DNA of 64,000 bases, from the NCBI GenBank assembly GCA_965247115.1, contig CBDFGR010000002.1:1152001-1216000 (forward strand), read 5' to 3'. The stretch is from Myxococcota bacterium (GTDB lineage Bacteria; Myxococcota_A; UBA9160; SZUA-336). The notes beneath the pieces were generated by a model. The model saw only the letters and a list, made by a program, of their open reading frames with translations. It was not told the origin of the DNA and did no database searches. Shown here one piece after another: positions 28,044 to 36,783 of this stretch. Within the stretch, counting starts at the first letter, position 1. Each line of letters starts with the position of its first letter. Position numbers and translations under genes: made by a program.

Positions 28044-28682
28044 ATCAAAGGCATCATCTGCATCTCGCACGCCACTGGAGCAGGAGGAGAGAGCATCGGA
28101 CGCGCCGTCTCCGCACGCCTTCACTATCGCTACGTCGACGAGGAGATCGTCGTGACGGCGGCCGCGAGGGAGAACCTGGATCCGAAAGTGATCCAGGACG
28201 TGGAGAGTCGCCAGTCCTTCATGAGTCGCCTGCTCGATTCGCTGGAGCGCGGCGCGGCCCTCGACGCGCTGGATCCCGAGGGTCTGCCCCACCCCGACGT
28301 CGTGGAGGCCGCGCTCGAGCTGAGCAAGCAGGACCATCGCGCCCTGATCCGGGAGGTCATCGCGGAGACGGCGGATCAGGGCGAGGTGGTCATCGTCGCC
28401 CACGCCGCGTCGATGGCCCTCGCGGGTCGCGACTCGGTCCTGCGCGTCCTCGTGACCGCGTCAACCGAAACGAGGGCCGGGCGCCTCGCGAAGGCGGGAC
28501 GCTTGAGTGACGCCGACGCCGCCAAGCTGGTGCGGGAGACGGACCGGGCGCGTGTCGACTACTTCAAGCGCTTCTACAAGATCAGCCACGAGGAGCCCAC
28601 GCACTACGATCTGGTCATCAATACCGACGTGCTCACCGTCGACCAGACGGTGAGTATCATCGCCAGCGCGGCCGAGGACTGA
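28044..28682 (+). CDS. Cytidylate kinase-like family protein (second paralog); apparent ATC start
   Basis: ICISHATGAGGE.IG, YRYVDEEI, VVIVAHAA, DRARVDYFKRFY, YDLVINTD. Confidence 0.8.
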   Translation: MKGIICISHATGAGGESIGRAVSARLHYRYVDEEIVVTAAARENLDPKVIQDVESRQSFMSRLLDSLERGAALDALDPEGLPHPDVVEAALELSKQDHRALIREVIAETADQGEVVIVAHAASMALAGRDSVLRVLVTASTETRAGRLAKAGRLSDADAAKLVRETDRARVDYFKRFYKISHEEPTHYDLVINTDVLTVDQTVSIIASAAED

Positions 28683-28690
28683 GATAGGGA

Positions 28691-29497
28691 TCACGTACCG
28701 CGCGCCGGACCCGCAACGGTCACGCCACCGTCGACCACGAGCACCTGGCCCGTGATGTAGCGGGCACGGGCCGACGCCAGGAAGCAGACGGCGTTGCCGA
28801 TGTCCCAGCCCGTTCCCTCAATACCGAGCAGGGACGCCTTGCGCCGACGCTCCCGCGCCTCGTCGCTCATGCCTCCGGCTGTGACCATGGGCGTGTAGAC
28901 GGGACCCGGCGCAACGCAGTTCACGCGAATGCCGGCGGGAGCATGATCCACGGCCATCGCACGCGTGAGTGCGATCACTGCCCCCTTCGAGGTCGAGTAC
29001 GCCGTGAGCCCGCGGGGTCGCAAGGCCGAGATCGAGGAAACGTTCACGATCGCGCCGCCGTCGTCACCCGAGCTCATCGCCGGCACCGCGTGCTTGGAAG
29101 CCAAGAACATGGTGGCCACGTTGATGCGCATGACGCGGTCCCAGCGCTCCTGCGTTTCTTCGACCACGCTGCCCCGACTCCCGATCCCTACGTTGTTGTC
29201 CAGCACGTCGAGGCGACCCCAGCGCTCGAGGGCAGTGCGCACCATGGCCGCACAGCCCTCATCGGTCGCTACATCAACCTCGAGCGCCGCCGCCGCCGCG
29301 CCGTCGTGCTCCTCGATCATGGCGACCGTGCGTTCGGCGGCTTTTCCTTCGCGATCGACCACGAGAACGTGCGCGCCCGCGCGCGCAAGCAGGATCGCAG
29401 CAGCGCGGCCGTTTCCGATCCCATCGCCCCGCGCCCCTCCACCCGTGACGATCGCGACCTTGCCCGCAAGACCCTGCTCGTCCGGTGGGCTCGCCAT
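28691..29497 (-). CDS. Short-chain dehydrogenase/reductase
   Basis: TGGG...GIGNGRA, NNVGI, YSTSKGA, YITGQVLVVDGG. Confidence 0.9.
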   Translation of the reverse strand: MASPPDEQGLAGKVAIVTGGGARGDGIGNGRAAAILLARAGAHVLVVDREGKAAERTVAMIEEHDGAAAAALEVDVATDEGCAAMVRTALERWGRLDVLDNNVGIGSRGSVVEETQERWDRVMRINVATMFLASKHAVPAMSSGDDGGAIVNVSSISALRPRGLTAYSTSKGAVIALTRAMAVDHAPAGIRVNCVAPGPVYTPMVTAGGMSDEARERRRKASLLGIEGTGWDIGNAVCFLASARARYITGQVLVVDGGVTVAGPARGT

Positions 29498-29506
29498 TCC
29501 GGCGTC

Positions 29507-30349
29507 CTACGGCAGCCCGGCGCCGGGCACGTCGACGCGGGTGTACTCGATGCGTCCTGCCCGCGCCTCGGCGGCGGCCGGGCCGGACGTGGCGTTCGTG
29601 CAGACGAACAGCGTACGTCGGTCCTCGCCGCCGAGCATGCAGGCGTACGCGCCGAGCTCTCCCGACGAGATGCGTTGTACGACCTCTCCTCCCTCGAGCA
29701 CGCGGAGGATCTCGTTGTTCCGCGGATCTGCGGACCACACCGCTCCCTCCGCATCGAGACAGATTCCGTCGGGCACGTTCTGCCCGAGGTCCGCAAAGAC
29801 GCGTCGCCGTGACAGGCTGCCGTCGGGGGCGCGATCCCAGGCGGTGAGCCGTGCCGCTCGCGTCTCGCCGACGATGAGCGTCCGTCCGTCCGGAGTGATG
29901 ACGCAGCCGTTGGGAAACCAGAGCTCTTCGTCCGCGACGGTCACGCGGCCGTCCGGATCGACCCGTGCGAGTACGGCCGTCCGGGGCTCTTCGCCCTGAT
30001 GGCGATCGAAGCCGAAGTTGCCGACGTACGCCCGCCCCTCCGCGTCGACGACCATGTCGTTGCAGGGCCCAGTCGCCAGCGACGAGAGGTCTGCCACCTC
30101 GACCAGGCCGGCCTCATCAAGGCGCAGCAGCCGGCGGTCCAGCATCGAGACCACCAGCAGCCTGCCGTCAGGGAGCCAGCCAAGACCCGATGGCTGCCCG
30201 GGCACCTCGACGATGCTCTCGCGCCTTCCCTCCAGATCGACGGCCACCACTTCGTGCGCGTAGAAGTCCGAGAACCAGAGGCGTCCGTCGCGCCAGCGTG
30301 GTCCCTCGGGAAACGTGAGTCCGTCGAGGAGCAGCGTCAGCTCGGCCAT
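29507..30349 (-). CDS. SMP-30/gluconolactonase/LRE family protein
   Basis: FPEGPRW, PCNDMVVD, FPNG, PDGICLDAEG, GGEDRRTL. Confidence 0.9.
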   Translation of the reverse strand: MAELTLLLDGLTFPEGPRWRDGRLWFSDFYAHEVVAVDLEGRRESIVEVPGQPSGLGWLPDGRLLVVSMLDRRLLRLDEAGLVEVADLSSLATGPCNDMVVDAEGRAYVGNFGFDRHQGEEPRTAVLARVDPDGRVTVADEELWFPNGCVITPDGRTLIVGETRAARLTAWDRAPDGSLSRRRVFADLGQNVPDGICLDAEGAVWSADPRNNEILRVLEGGEVVQRISSGELGAYACMLGGEDRRTLFVCTNATSGPAAAEARAGRIEYTRVDVPGAGLP

Positions 30350-30406
30350 TGCGCGCAGCACTCTACCTCACCTGACGCTCGCGGCGCTCGACGAGGGTGT
30401 TTGCAG

Positions 30407-31063
30407 CTAGCGCTGGACCGGGGCGTTGGCTGCGCTTGCGGACGCGTAGGCCGTGCGGGACGTCGCCCGCTCCAGGTAGGCCTCGAGGGACTCGGAGAGG
30501 GAGAGCTTGTAGAACCGCGCCCATGCGAGGCACGTCGCGAGCAGCATGTCCGCGCCCGTGAAGTGCCCGCCCAGCAGGAACTGTCGGCCGTCAGCCAGGG
30601 TGATCTCCGCGGCACGCACCTGCTTCTGGAAGCCCTCCTCCGCTGCCTTAATCGCGTTGGGCGCCTCCCCGTACAGGTTCGCAAGGTCGTTGTGCTTGCG
30701 CATGACGTAGAGGGTGTGCGCGTCCAGCTCGGTCATGATGAAGAAGCACCACTGGTAGTACATGGCCCGCTCGGGCGTGCGCGGCGCCGGAATCAGCTCC
30801 GTACCCTCGCCGTAGCTCTCCGCCAGGTAGGAGATGATCGCCGCGCTCTCCACGAGCGTGAGCGAGCCGTCCTGCAAGACAGGGATCTTCTGCCTCGGGT
30901 TCAGCCTGGTGAACTCGGGGGTCAGCGTCTCCCCCGTGCGTGAGCCGATCGGCCGCGACTCATAGTCGAGACCGAGCTCGTGCAACATCCAGTGAGCTCG
31001 CAGCGTGCGCGAGGTCCCGTTTCCCCACAGAATCCGCGCTTCGCCCCCGATCTGCTCGACCAT
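30407..31063 (-). CDS. Glutathione S-transferase
   Basis: SRTLRAHWMLHELG, LNPRQKIPVL, ESAAIISYL, FTGADML. Confidence 0.9.
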   Translation of the reverse strand: MVEQIGGEARILWGNGTSRTLRAHWMLHELGLDYESRPIGSRTGETLTPEFTRLNPRQKIPVLQDGSLTLVESAAIISYLAESYGEGTELIPAPRTPERAMYYQWCFFIMTELDAHTLYVMRKHNDLANLYGEAPNAIKAAEEGFQKQVRAAEITLADGRQFLLGGHFTGADMLLATCLAWARFYKLSLSESLEAYLERATSRTAYASASAANAPVQR

Positions 31064-31114
31064 GGCATCCTCGCTGGTCAAGGGCGGTTCGACGCCCACT
31101 CCTATGGTAAACGA

Positions 31115-32557
31115 CTAGTCGTCGTCCGAGTCATCTTCCGCGGCGTCGTCGGAGTCGATCTCCGAGTCGTCGTCCGAGTCGGTGTCCGAGTCGGTGTCCG
31201 AGTCGTCGTCCGAGTCGGTGTCGGAGTCCTCGGAGCCATCCGAGTCCTCCGCGTCGTCAGAGACGTCGGTCTCGTCGTCGGAGTCGTCGTCGGAGTCATC
31301 TGTGTCGTCTGGGCCCTCGGCCGGGTCGCCATCCGTTCCCATGCTCGAGCTGCCTTCCGAGTCACCGTCGGAGTCGTCATCGGAGTCCAGCGCCTTCGCT
31401 GGACGGACTGACTCGTCGCCAGGCTCCTGCGGCGCGGAGCGCTCGCGAGGCGCAGCGTGCTCCTCCCGCTCCTCGGACCGGGCACGGAGTGAAATCCAGC
31501 CACCCCGCTCCTCGTCCTCGAAGTCGATCTGCAGCGCGGCGACACGGTGGCCGGCGTGGAGCCTGCCGCTCACCCGGACGCGGACACCCCCGTCGACGCG
31601 CGGCAACTGCCGCCGCTCCTCGTCTTCCAGCTCTGACAGATCCACTTCCAGCCCGTGGAGCCGGAAGAAGCCATTGCGGCGCCTGTCCGTCGCGTAGCCC
31701 TCAACAGAGATCTCCTCGAGAGGGGCGGAGAACAGCTCCTCAGGTTCGGGGCGGACGTGCACGGCACGCAGCTTCCCTCGCTCCCAGAGTCCCGAGACGA
31801 TCACCCTCTTCCCAGGTGCGATGGCCGATACCTCGGGGAGGAAACCGAGCCTCAGGCGTGCCAGCCGGAACGCCCCTGACTCGACCTTGGTGACGGGTCC
31901 TGAGAGCCGGACCTCGCGCTGGGGCGGGCCACGCTCGAGCCTCGACGCGACGATGACGCCGTCGCCCCTGCGCAATCCGCTCACGCGGACGAAGTCACCC
32001 ACTCGGAGATCGGACACCTCGAGGGACTGGCCCCGTCCGCGGTCGTACACGCGCGCGCCGGAGCCGAGCTTTACGGTCTGGCCCAGCATGGAGAGCTCGC
32101 CGCGTGCCAGATCGAAGCCGGCGAGCGGACCCGTTACTTCGAAGTGTAGAGAGATTCGGCGCGCCCGCAGCTCCTCACCGATCCTTACCGCCTCGATCGT
32201 CGTGACCTGACCGATCGCCAGCTCTTCTGCACTGGCGGGCTGGCCATCGATCTCGACCGGCGTTCCGTCGTCGTATTCGACCTTGAGGCCATTGGCCAGG
32301 ATGCTCCCGAAACCGGTGATCGTTCCCATGATCCCGGTGCCGCCGATTCCGTCGTCGTCGCCGCCGGCCGTCAGCCCGGTGCCTCCGACCCCCTCGTCCA
32401 GCGGTGCGACCCCGGTGCCTCCCAGTCCCTCCTCGCGAAAGTCCGCCGCCACAGCGTGGCCCGCGATAAGAGCGCTGAGCAAGCCCGCACACAGCTGGAC
32501 GGCGAGCCGACACCAGAGCACCGCGGTCGCTTCGCGCGCCTTAGCTCGAGCTGTCAT
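31115..32557 (-). CDS. DUF5666-domain exported protein with Asp/Ser-rich acidic C-terminal tail
   Basis: Signal-like N-terminus, three G(L/V/I)GGTG motifs, GTITGFGSI..NG, four repeated OB-like units ending V.VSG...A..I; follows a DUF6502 gene. Confidence 0.8.
   Translation of the reverse strand: MTARAKAREATAVLWCRLAVQLCAGLLSALIAGHAVAADFREEGLGGTGVAPLDEGVGGTGLTAGGDDDGIGGTGIMGTITGFGSILANGLKVEYDDGTPVEIDGQPASAEELAIGQVTTIEAVRIGEELRARRISLHFEVTGPLAGFDLARGELSMLGQTVKLGSGARVYDRGRGQSLEVSDLRVGDFVRVSGLRRGDGVIVASRLERGPPQREVRLSGPVTKVESGAFRLARLRLGFLPEVSAIAPGKRVIVSGLWERGKLRAVHVRPEPEELFSAPLEEISVEGYATDRRRNGFFRLHGLEVDLSELEDEERRQLPRVDGGVRVRVSGRLHAGHRVAALQIDFEDEERGGWISLRARSEEREEHAAPRERSAPQEPGDESVRPAKALDSDDDSDGDSEGSSSMGTDGDPAEGPDDTDDSDDDSDDETDVSDDAEDSDGSEDSDTDSDDDSDTDSDTDSDDDSEIDSDDAAEDDSDDD
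31118..31390 (-). repeat. Low-complexity D/S coding repeat including tandem 12-bp units (DSDD/DSDT)
   Basis: Plus strand gagtcgtcgtcc / gagtcggtgtcc units tandem around 31164-31225. Confidence 0.85.
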
Positions 32558-33401
32558 CGTGATCCTCGACCGAGCCCTCGTAGAAGTAGACACCCAGCGT
32601 CATGCGCCGAGACGCGTGCGACCGATCGGCGTCACGCCGCTTGAGCTCCAGAGCCCGCTCGTTCACGGCCCGGAGTGCCTCCATGCCGAGCTCGTTGGAC
32701 AGTGTCTGGAGCTCGCAAACGGAATCGTCGGTCAGCCCTCCGTAGTAGACGGCCCGCTCCAGCAGGGGGGCGTCCTCGCCGTTCAGGTTCCGGGCAGCCG
32801 TCGCCATGTGATCGGTCAGGTTCCGGCCGAAGTAGAAGGCCTTCTCATCGAACCCCTTCTCCGGGACGAAGGCGTCGACGTTGAGGCAGATACGATTCTC
32901 GGCGTCCATGTGCACGACACCGAGCTGCAGCCACTCGTCGAGGACGGAGCGAGAGCGGATGTCCTTGCTGACCGATGCGACGAGCCGGTCGAACGACGGC
33001 GCAGGGGTCTTCGTGGACGTGCGGGGAAGCGGCAGGGGCGCCCCATCGGCAGCCCGGAACTCCGGGGATCCGATCCAGCGCGCCACTAGCTGCGCGCCGA
33101 GTGTGACGGACGGCGGAGCGCGCTCCGCGTCGGGCACCGTCTCGCGCAGGCGCTTGGCCTCTTTGCGATGGATCCCGGTGAGCAGGGTCACGCGACTGTC
33201 GGTCGGAGGCAGGCCATCGATCCGGAACTCGTCGACCGCCAACTCCACATAAATGCTCTTCAGCAGCTTTGCGAGCTGTGGGTACTGGATCTGGTGAGAC
33301 AGAAGCAGGTGGACCAGCGGACGCAGCAAACGCCGGAGCGCGGCCACCAGCGCGACGGGCGCTGTGCCAAGGGGCTGGGCTTCGGCTCCGCTCTCACTCA
33401 T
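32541..33401 (-). CDS. DUF6502 family protein (N-terminal HTH-like; putative regulator)
   Basis: LRRLLRPLV.LLL, TDSRVTLLTGIHRKE, LPR...SFD.LVASVSKDIR...LDEW, N..DH.A.A..N, LERAVYY, LGVYFYE. Confidence 0.85.
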   Translation of the reverse strand: MSESGAEAQPLGTAPVALVAALRRLLRPLVHLLLSHQIQYPQLAKLLKSIYVELAVDEFRIDGLPPTDSRVTLLTGIHRKEAKRLRETVPDAERAPPSVTLGAQLVARWIGSPEFRAADGAPLPLPRTSTKTPAPSFDRLVASVSKDIRSRSVLDEWLQLGVVHMDAENRICLNVDAFVPEKGFDEKAFYFGRNLTDHMATAARNLNGEDAPLLERAVYYGGLTDDSVCELQTLSNELGMEALRAVNERALELKRRDADRSHASRRMTLGVYFYEGSVEDHDDSSS

Positions 33402-34485
33402 GCGTGTTCGGGACGGCCGTGATGTACGTGCCGAGATCGTCGCCAGCGACCTCCCAGTGAGACGAATCGCGCCGCCGATTCAGACCGAAGGAGTAGACGA
33501 ACACGGTCCGGCGACTGCGGTCCTTTGAGCACTTGTCGCGGATCCAGTACGGCGAGTTCCACGGATCCAGGAAGTATTCGATTCGCTCGGGCGCAACACC
33601 GGGCCCGCTCAGCGACCCGAACTCCAGAGTGTGCAGGTCGTCGACATCGTACTTCCGGACAAAGCTGTGCAGGCGCTTGTGCGTGCCGCACTTCGTGGCG
33701 AAGGAGCGCTCCCGGCGCATCGCGATCTCCTGAAGATCGCGATCCAGTGCCTGGAGCTCGGTTTGCGTCCGTAGGATGAGCTCGGGAGCTGCACCACGGA
33801 CAACCAGCCAGCCCGTGCTGGCGAGGCCCAGACCCAAGACGGCAACGCTCGCCGCGAAGGTCGGTCCGGCCTGGGTGGCCAGCAAGGTGAGCAGGAAGCA
33901 GCCGCCGAGCAGGAGCTCCACGACCTCGCCCGTGAAACGCACGGGATACCAGAGGTACAGCACCAGGGTCGCGATGAACGACGGTAGAAGCGCAAGCGGT
34001 GGGGTCAGCAGCCCCAGCCGCGATGCCAGGGCGCGCAGCGTCGGAATCCGCAGGAGCAGCGGCAAGGCGATGCCGTAGCCCGCGATGATCGCCGTGAGTG
34101 CGAGCTTGCGCCAGGCCGTCGACGCGACATTGTGGAGGTTGAACTCCTGCTGGAAGTTGTGCTCCAGGAAGTACGTGGGCGGGCGGTACGCGAAGAGTCG
34201 CTGGCCCCAGGAGATCTCCTCCATCGCGACCAGCAGGCAGAAGAGGGCCAGACCGGAGACGCACCATGGCCAGCGCGTGCGTTCCCGAAATGCGTGGGCA
34301 AAGCCGACGCCCGCTGCCAGAAAAAATGCCCAGAATGTGCACCACTCGAGTACTCCGTCTTCCTGAACGAGCTGGTAGAACTGATCCGGGGCCCCGCGAG
34401 CGAGGGTCGTGACTGCTGCTGCCGTCCCGACGAGCAGTAGGTTGGCAAGTACAGCCCAGACCACGCTCCGCTCCTCGACTCCCAT
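33394..34485 (-). CDS. Uncharacterised multi-TM protein with C-terminal GspG-like periplasmic domain
   Basis: EDGVLEW, MEEISWGQRLF, NFQQEFNLHN motifs; C-terminal DPWNSPY...VYSFG.N...GDD. Confidence 0.7.
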   Translation of the reverse strand: MGVEERSVVWAVLANLLLVGTAAAVTTLARGAPDQFYQLVQEDGVLEWCTFWAFFLAAGVGFAHAFRERTRWPWCVSGLALFCLLVAMEEISWGQRLFAYRPPTYFLEHNFQQEFNLHNVASTAWRKLALTAIIAGYGIALPLLLRIPTLRALASRLGLLTPPLALLPSFIATLVLYLWYPVRFTGEVVELLLGGCFLLTLLATQAGPTFAASVAVLGLGLASTGWLVVRGAAPELILRTQTELQALDRDLQEIAMRRERSFATKCGTHKRLHSFVRKYDVDDLHTLEFGSLSGPGVAPERIEYFLDPWNSPYWIRDKCSKDRSRRTVFVYSFGLNRRRDSSHWEVAGDDLGTYITAVPNTHE

Positions 34486-34539
34486 CGCGTGAGGTGTTCT
34501 TGATGCGAACAGCTTGCGGGGCCCTGGATCAGTGGGGAG

Positions 34540-34860
34540 CTACGCGGACAGATCGTTCGAGTCCGAATCCTCTTCGGCGTCGGAATCGCCCGAGTCACTG
34601 TCCGCGTCTTCGGATTCCGAGTCTTCGGAATCGGAGTCCATGGAGTCGGAATCGGACTCGTCGTCCGCGTCCACGTCTGCGGAGTCGGAGTCCGCGGAGT
34701 CGTCGTCCGCGTCCGCCGAGTCGCTGTCCTCACCCTGAGCGATGAGGTCCAGTTCGCCGATTTCCGTTGCATGAGAGCTGCCGGCCGAGAACGGCACGGA
34801 TAGCCACAAGGCCACGGCAAGAATCCCTGCAATCCGCTGCAAAAGGCTGAGATACACCAT
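34540..34860 (-). CDS. Small secreted, extremely acidic Asp/Ser-repeat protein (106 aa)
   Basis: GAGGAG RBS; signal peptide ending SSHA; mature part EDSDSADADDDSADSDSADVDADDESDSDSMDSDS... Confidence 0.75.
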   Translation of the reverse strand: MVYLSLLQRIAGILAVALWLSVPFSAGSSHATEIGELDLIAQGEDSDSADADDDSADSDSADVDADDESDSDSMDSDSEDSESEDADSDSGDSDAEEDSDSNDLSA

Positions 34861-34950
34861 TTGGGGTCTCCTCTCGCGGCGCCGTGGCCGCTTGAATTCG
34901 GGCCGAGAACGCCTGTTGCATATGTCTCTCGGCAACCCTCAGTCTGAACT

Positions 34951-34969
34951 TGAGGGAGATTTTCCCACG
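34951..34969. promoter_or_regulatory. Palindromic operator-like site TGAGGGAG-ATT-TTCCCACG
   Basis: In the divergent intergenic region 34861-35088; 15/19 identical to the perfect-arm palindrome at 46573-46591. Confidence 0.5.
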
Positions 34970-35088
34970 CCGCTCCCCGGGCCCCGTGAGCTACGGCTCC
35001 CCTGATCAACTTCCAGCCCGCGAACGCCGATCTCGCGACCTGAACCCCCGGCGCCGCCCCCGGCGCGAGCCCTTGGAGGGCAACTGCG

Positions 35089-36312
35089 ATGCGCAGCTCG
35101 CAAGCACTAGTGTGCGTATGTCTGGCAGTGGTCCTGATGGCACCCGAGGCTAGAACCCAGGAGCAGGCGCAGGACGAGAGTCCCGTCGAGCGCGCAAGGG
35201 TCGGCCTGAGAGCGTCTACGCAGCTCCGGGAGCGCCAGCACGAACGGGCAAAGGAGGGTCGTTGGGCCTGGACGTTTCTCGGGATGCTCGCTGCGGGATA
35301 CGACTCCAACATCTACGAGACGCCCAGCACCGGGCCCACACCGCTCGGGAGCCCTGGCGAGGAGAGCTCGTTCGGGTACGACCTGGGCGTGAAGGCGGCC
35401 GCACTCCGATACTTCAACGACCGCGACCGGCTCAGCCTGTCTCTCAAAGCTGTTGGCTCGCCGATTCTCGAAGACAGCGACATCGCGGAGTACGGGCAGG
35501 AGCTGCGCGCCCGCTACACCGCGCGCATGTCGAGGCGAGTTCGCTTCTCCGTATCGGGCTCGCTCAAACACGACAACGACAGCGAGGTAGACGCCTTCGG
35601 GGCCAACCTATCGCGAGACTACGAGAACTTCGCCTATCGAGCTTCCCCTTCCGTGCGTTACCGGCTTGGCAGAGGCCACTCGCTGCGCCTGTCCTTTCCG
35701 CTCAAGAGAAAGGACTACAAGGAGACGAACCTCGAGAACTCACTCGACTGGTGGGAGGCGGGGTCGGCCCTCACGTATCGGGGAAGGGGGCGCCGCGCGT
35801 CCATCGAGCTGGGCTACGAGCTCGTCGTTCGCAACTACGACGAAGAGCTCGCGAGCCTCTCGGACGGGACCCTGCTCGCCACGAATCCGGAAGAGGAGCA
35901 CCGCTACCGCAAGTTTGCGCTCGAGCTCGGGTGGCGCGCAAGCGACAATCTCGAGCTGTTCGGCGGCTACCGTTTCAAGACCAAGGACGACCGCTTCGAG
36001 GGCTTCGAATCGTACGAAGACCGCAGGTGGCTGCTGGGAGTTGCCGCGACTCCTCGACGCGAGTGGGCACTCCGGGCAAGCGTCTCCTATGGCCAGAGGG
36101 ACTACGACAAGCGTCTGGGCCACGTGCCCACCGAAGAGCTCGAGTACGACACGCTCCGGGCCAGCTTTCTCGCCCGATACGTGGTGTCCGGCAACCTCTC
36201 ACTGTTCGCCCGCTATGGATTCTTGGAGCGAGATTCGAACCGCAGCACGGGGACCTCGTACCGCGACTACGAGATCCACCGGTTCTTCACGGGCGTCTCC
36301 TACGGCTACTGA
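35089..36312 (+). CDS. Outer-membrane beta-barrel protein
   Basis: GGAGG RBS, signal peptide, GYDSNIY first strand, alternating amphipathic strands, C-terminal GVSYGY beta-signal. Confidence 0.8.
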   Translation: MRSSQALVCVCLAVVLMAPEARTQEQAQDESPVERARVGLRASTQLRERQHERAKEGRWAWTFLGMLAAGYDSNIYETPSTGPTPLGSPGEESSFGYDLGVKAAALRYFNDRDRLSLSLKAVGSPILEDSDIAEYGQELRARYTARMSRRVRFSVSGSLKHDNDSEVDAFGANLSRDYENFAYRASPSVRYRLGRGHSLRLSFPLKRKDYKETNLENSLDWWEAGSALTYRGRGRRASIELGYELVVRNYDEELASLSDGTLLATNPEEEHRYRKFALELGWRASDNLELFGGYRFKTKDDRFEGFESYEDRRWLLGVAATPRREWALRASVSYGQRDYDKRLGHVPTEELEYDTLRASFLARYVVSGNLSLFARYGFLERDSNRSTGTSYRDYEIHRFFTGVSYGY

Positions 36313-36359
36313 CCGTGCTGGAAAGATCCACGAACGGCGCGTCGATACCGCGCGAGCAC

Positions 36360-36776
36360 TTGCGGGTTCCAAAGATCGCGCTGGCGTTCGCTGTTGTCGC
36401 ATCTGCGTGTGTCTCAGCTCCTCCCGAACACGCCGCCTATCTCCGCGAGATGCGTTCTGCGCCCACAACCTTCCGGATGGCCCGCACCCTGGACCGGACG
36501 GCATGGAAACGTGCTCACAGCTTCATGACCCGCTTCAGCTCGATGAAGATCAAGAGGGCGACGAACTCCGTTCTGCAGACCTACCACCCGCCTCGCGACG
36601 AGACCCGCTTCGGGTACAAAGTCACGCGTCGTTCCGCGCGCAGGGGGGTCACGTTCACGGTCGACTGCCTCCCCAGAGACCGCTGGGAGAAGCAGCACTG
36701 TCGTGAGAATGCGGGGATCGCTGCCACGTACATACGGACTGGTAAGCTACCCTACCCGAATCTGATCCACAGGTAG
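36360..36776 (+). CDS. Hypothetical lipoprotein
   Basis: Hydrophobic stretch IALAFAVVASAC (lipobox); start uncertain (TTG 36360). Confidence 0.6.
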   Translation: MRVPKIALAFAVVASACVSAPPEHAAYLREMRSAPTTFRMARTLDRTAWKRAHSFMTRFSSMKIKRATNSVLQTYHPPRDETRFGYKVTRRSARRGVTFTVDCLPRDRWEKQHCRENAGIAATYIRTGKLPYPNLIHR

Positions 36777-36783
36777 CCGCTCG

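Noticed and set aside
31118..34740. CRISPR-like repeats in the gagtcg-rich tracts
   Set aside because: Units are 3n-periodic coding repeats (Asp/Ser) with no unique spacers and no cas genes.
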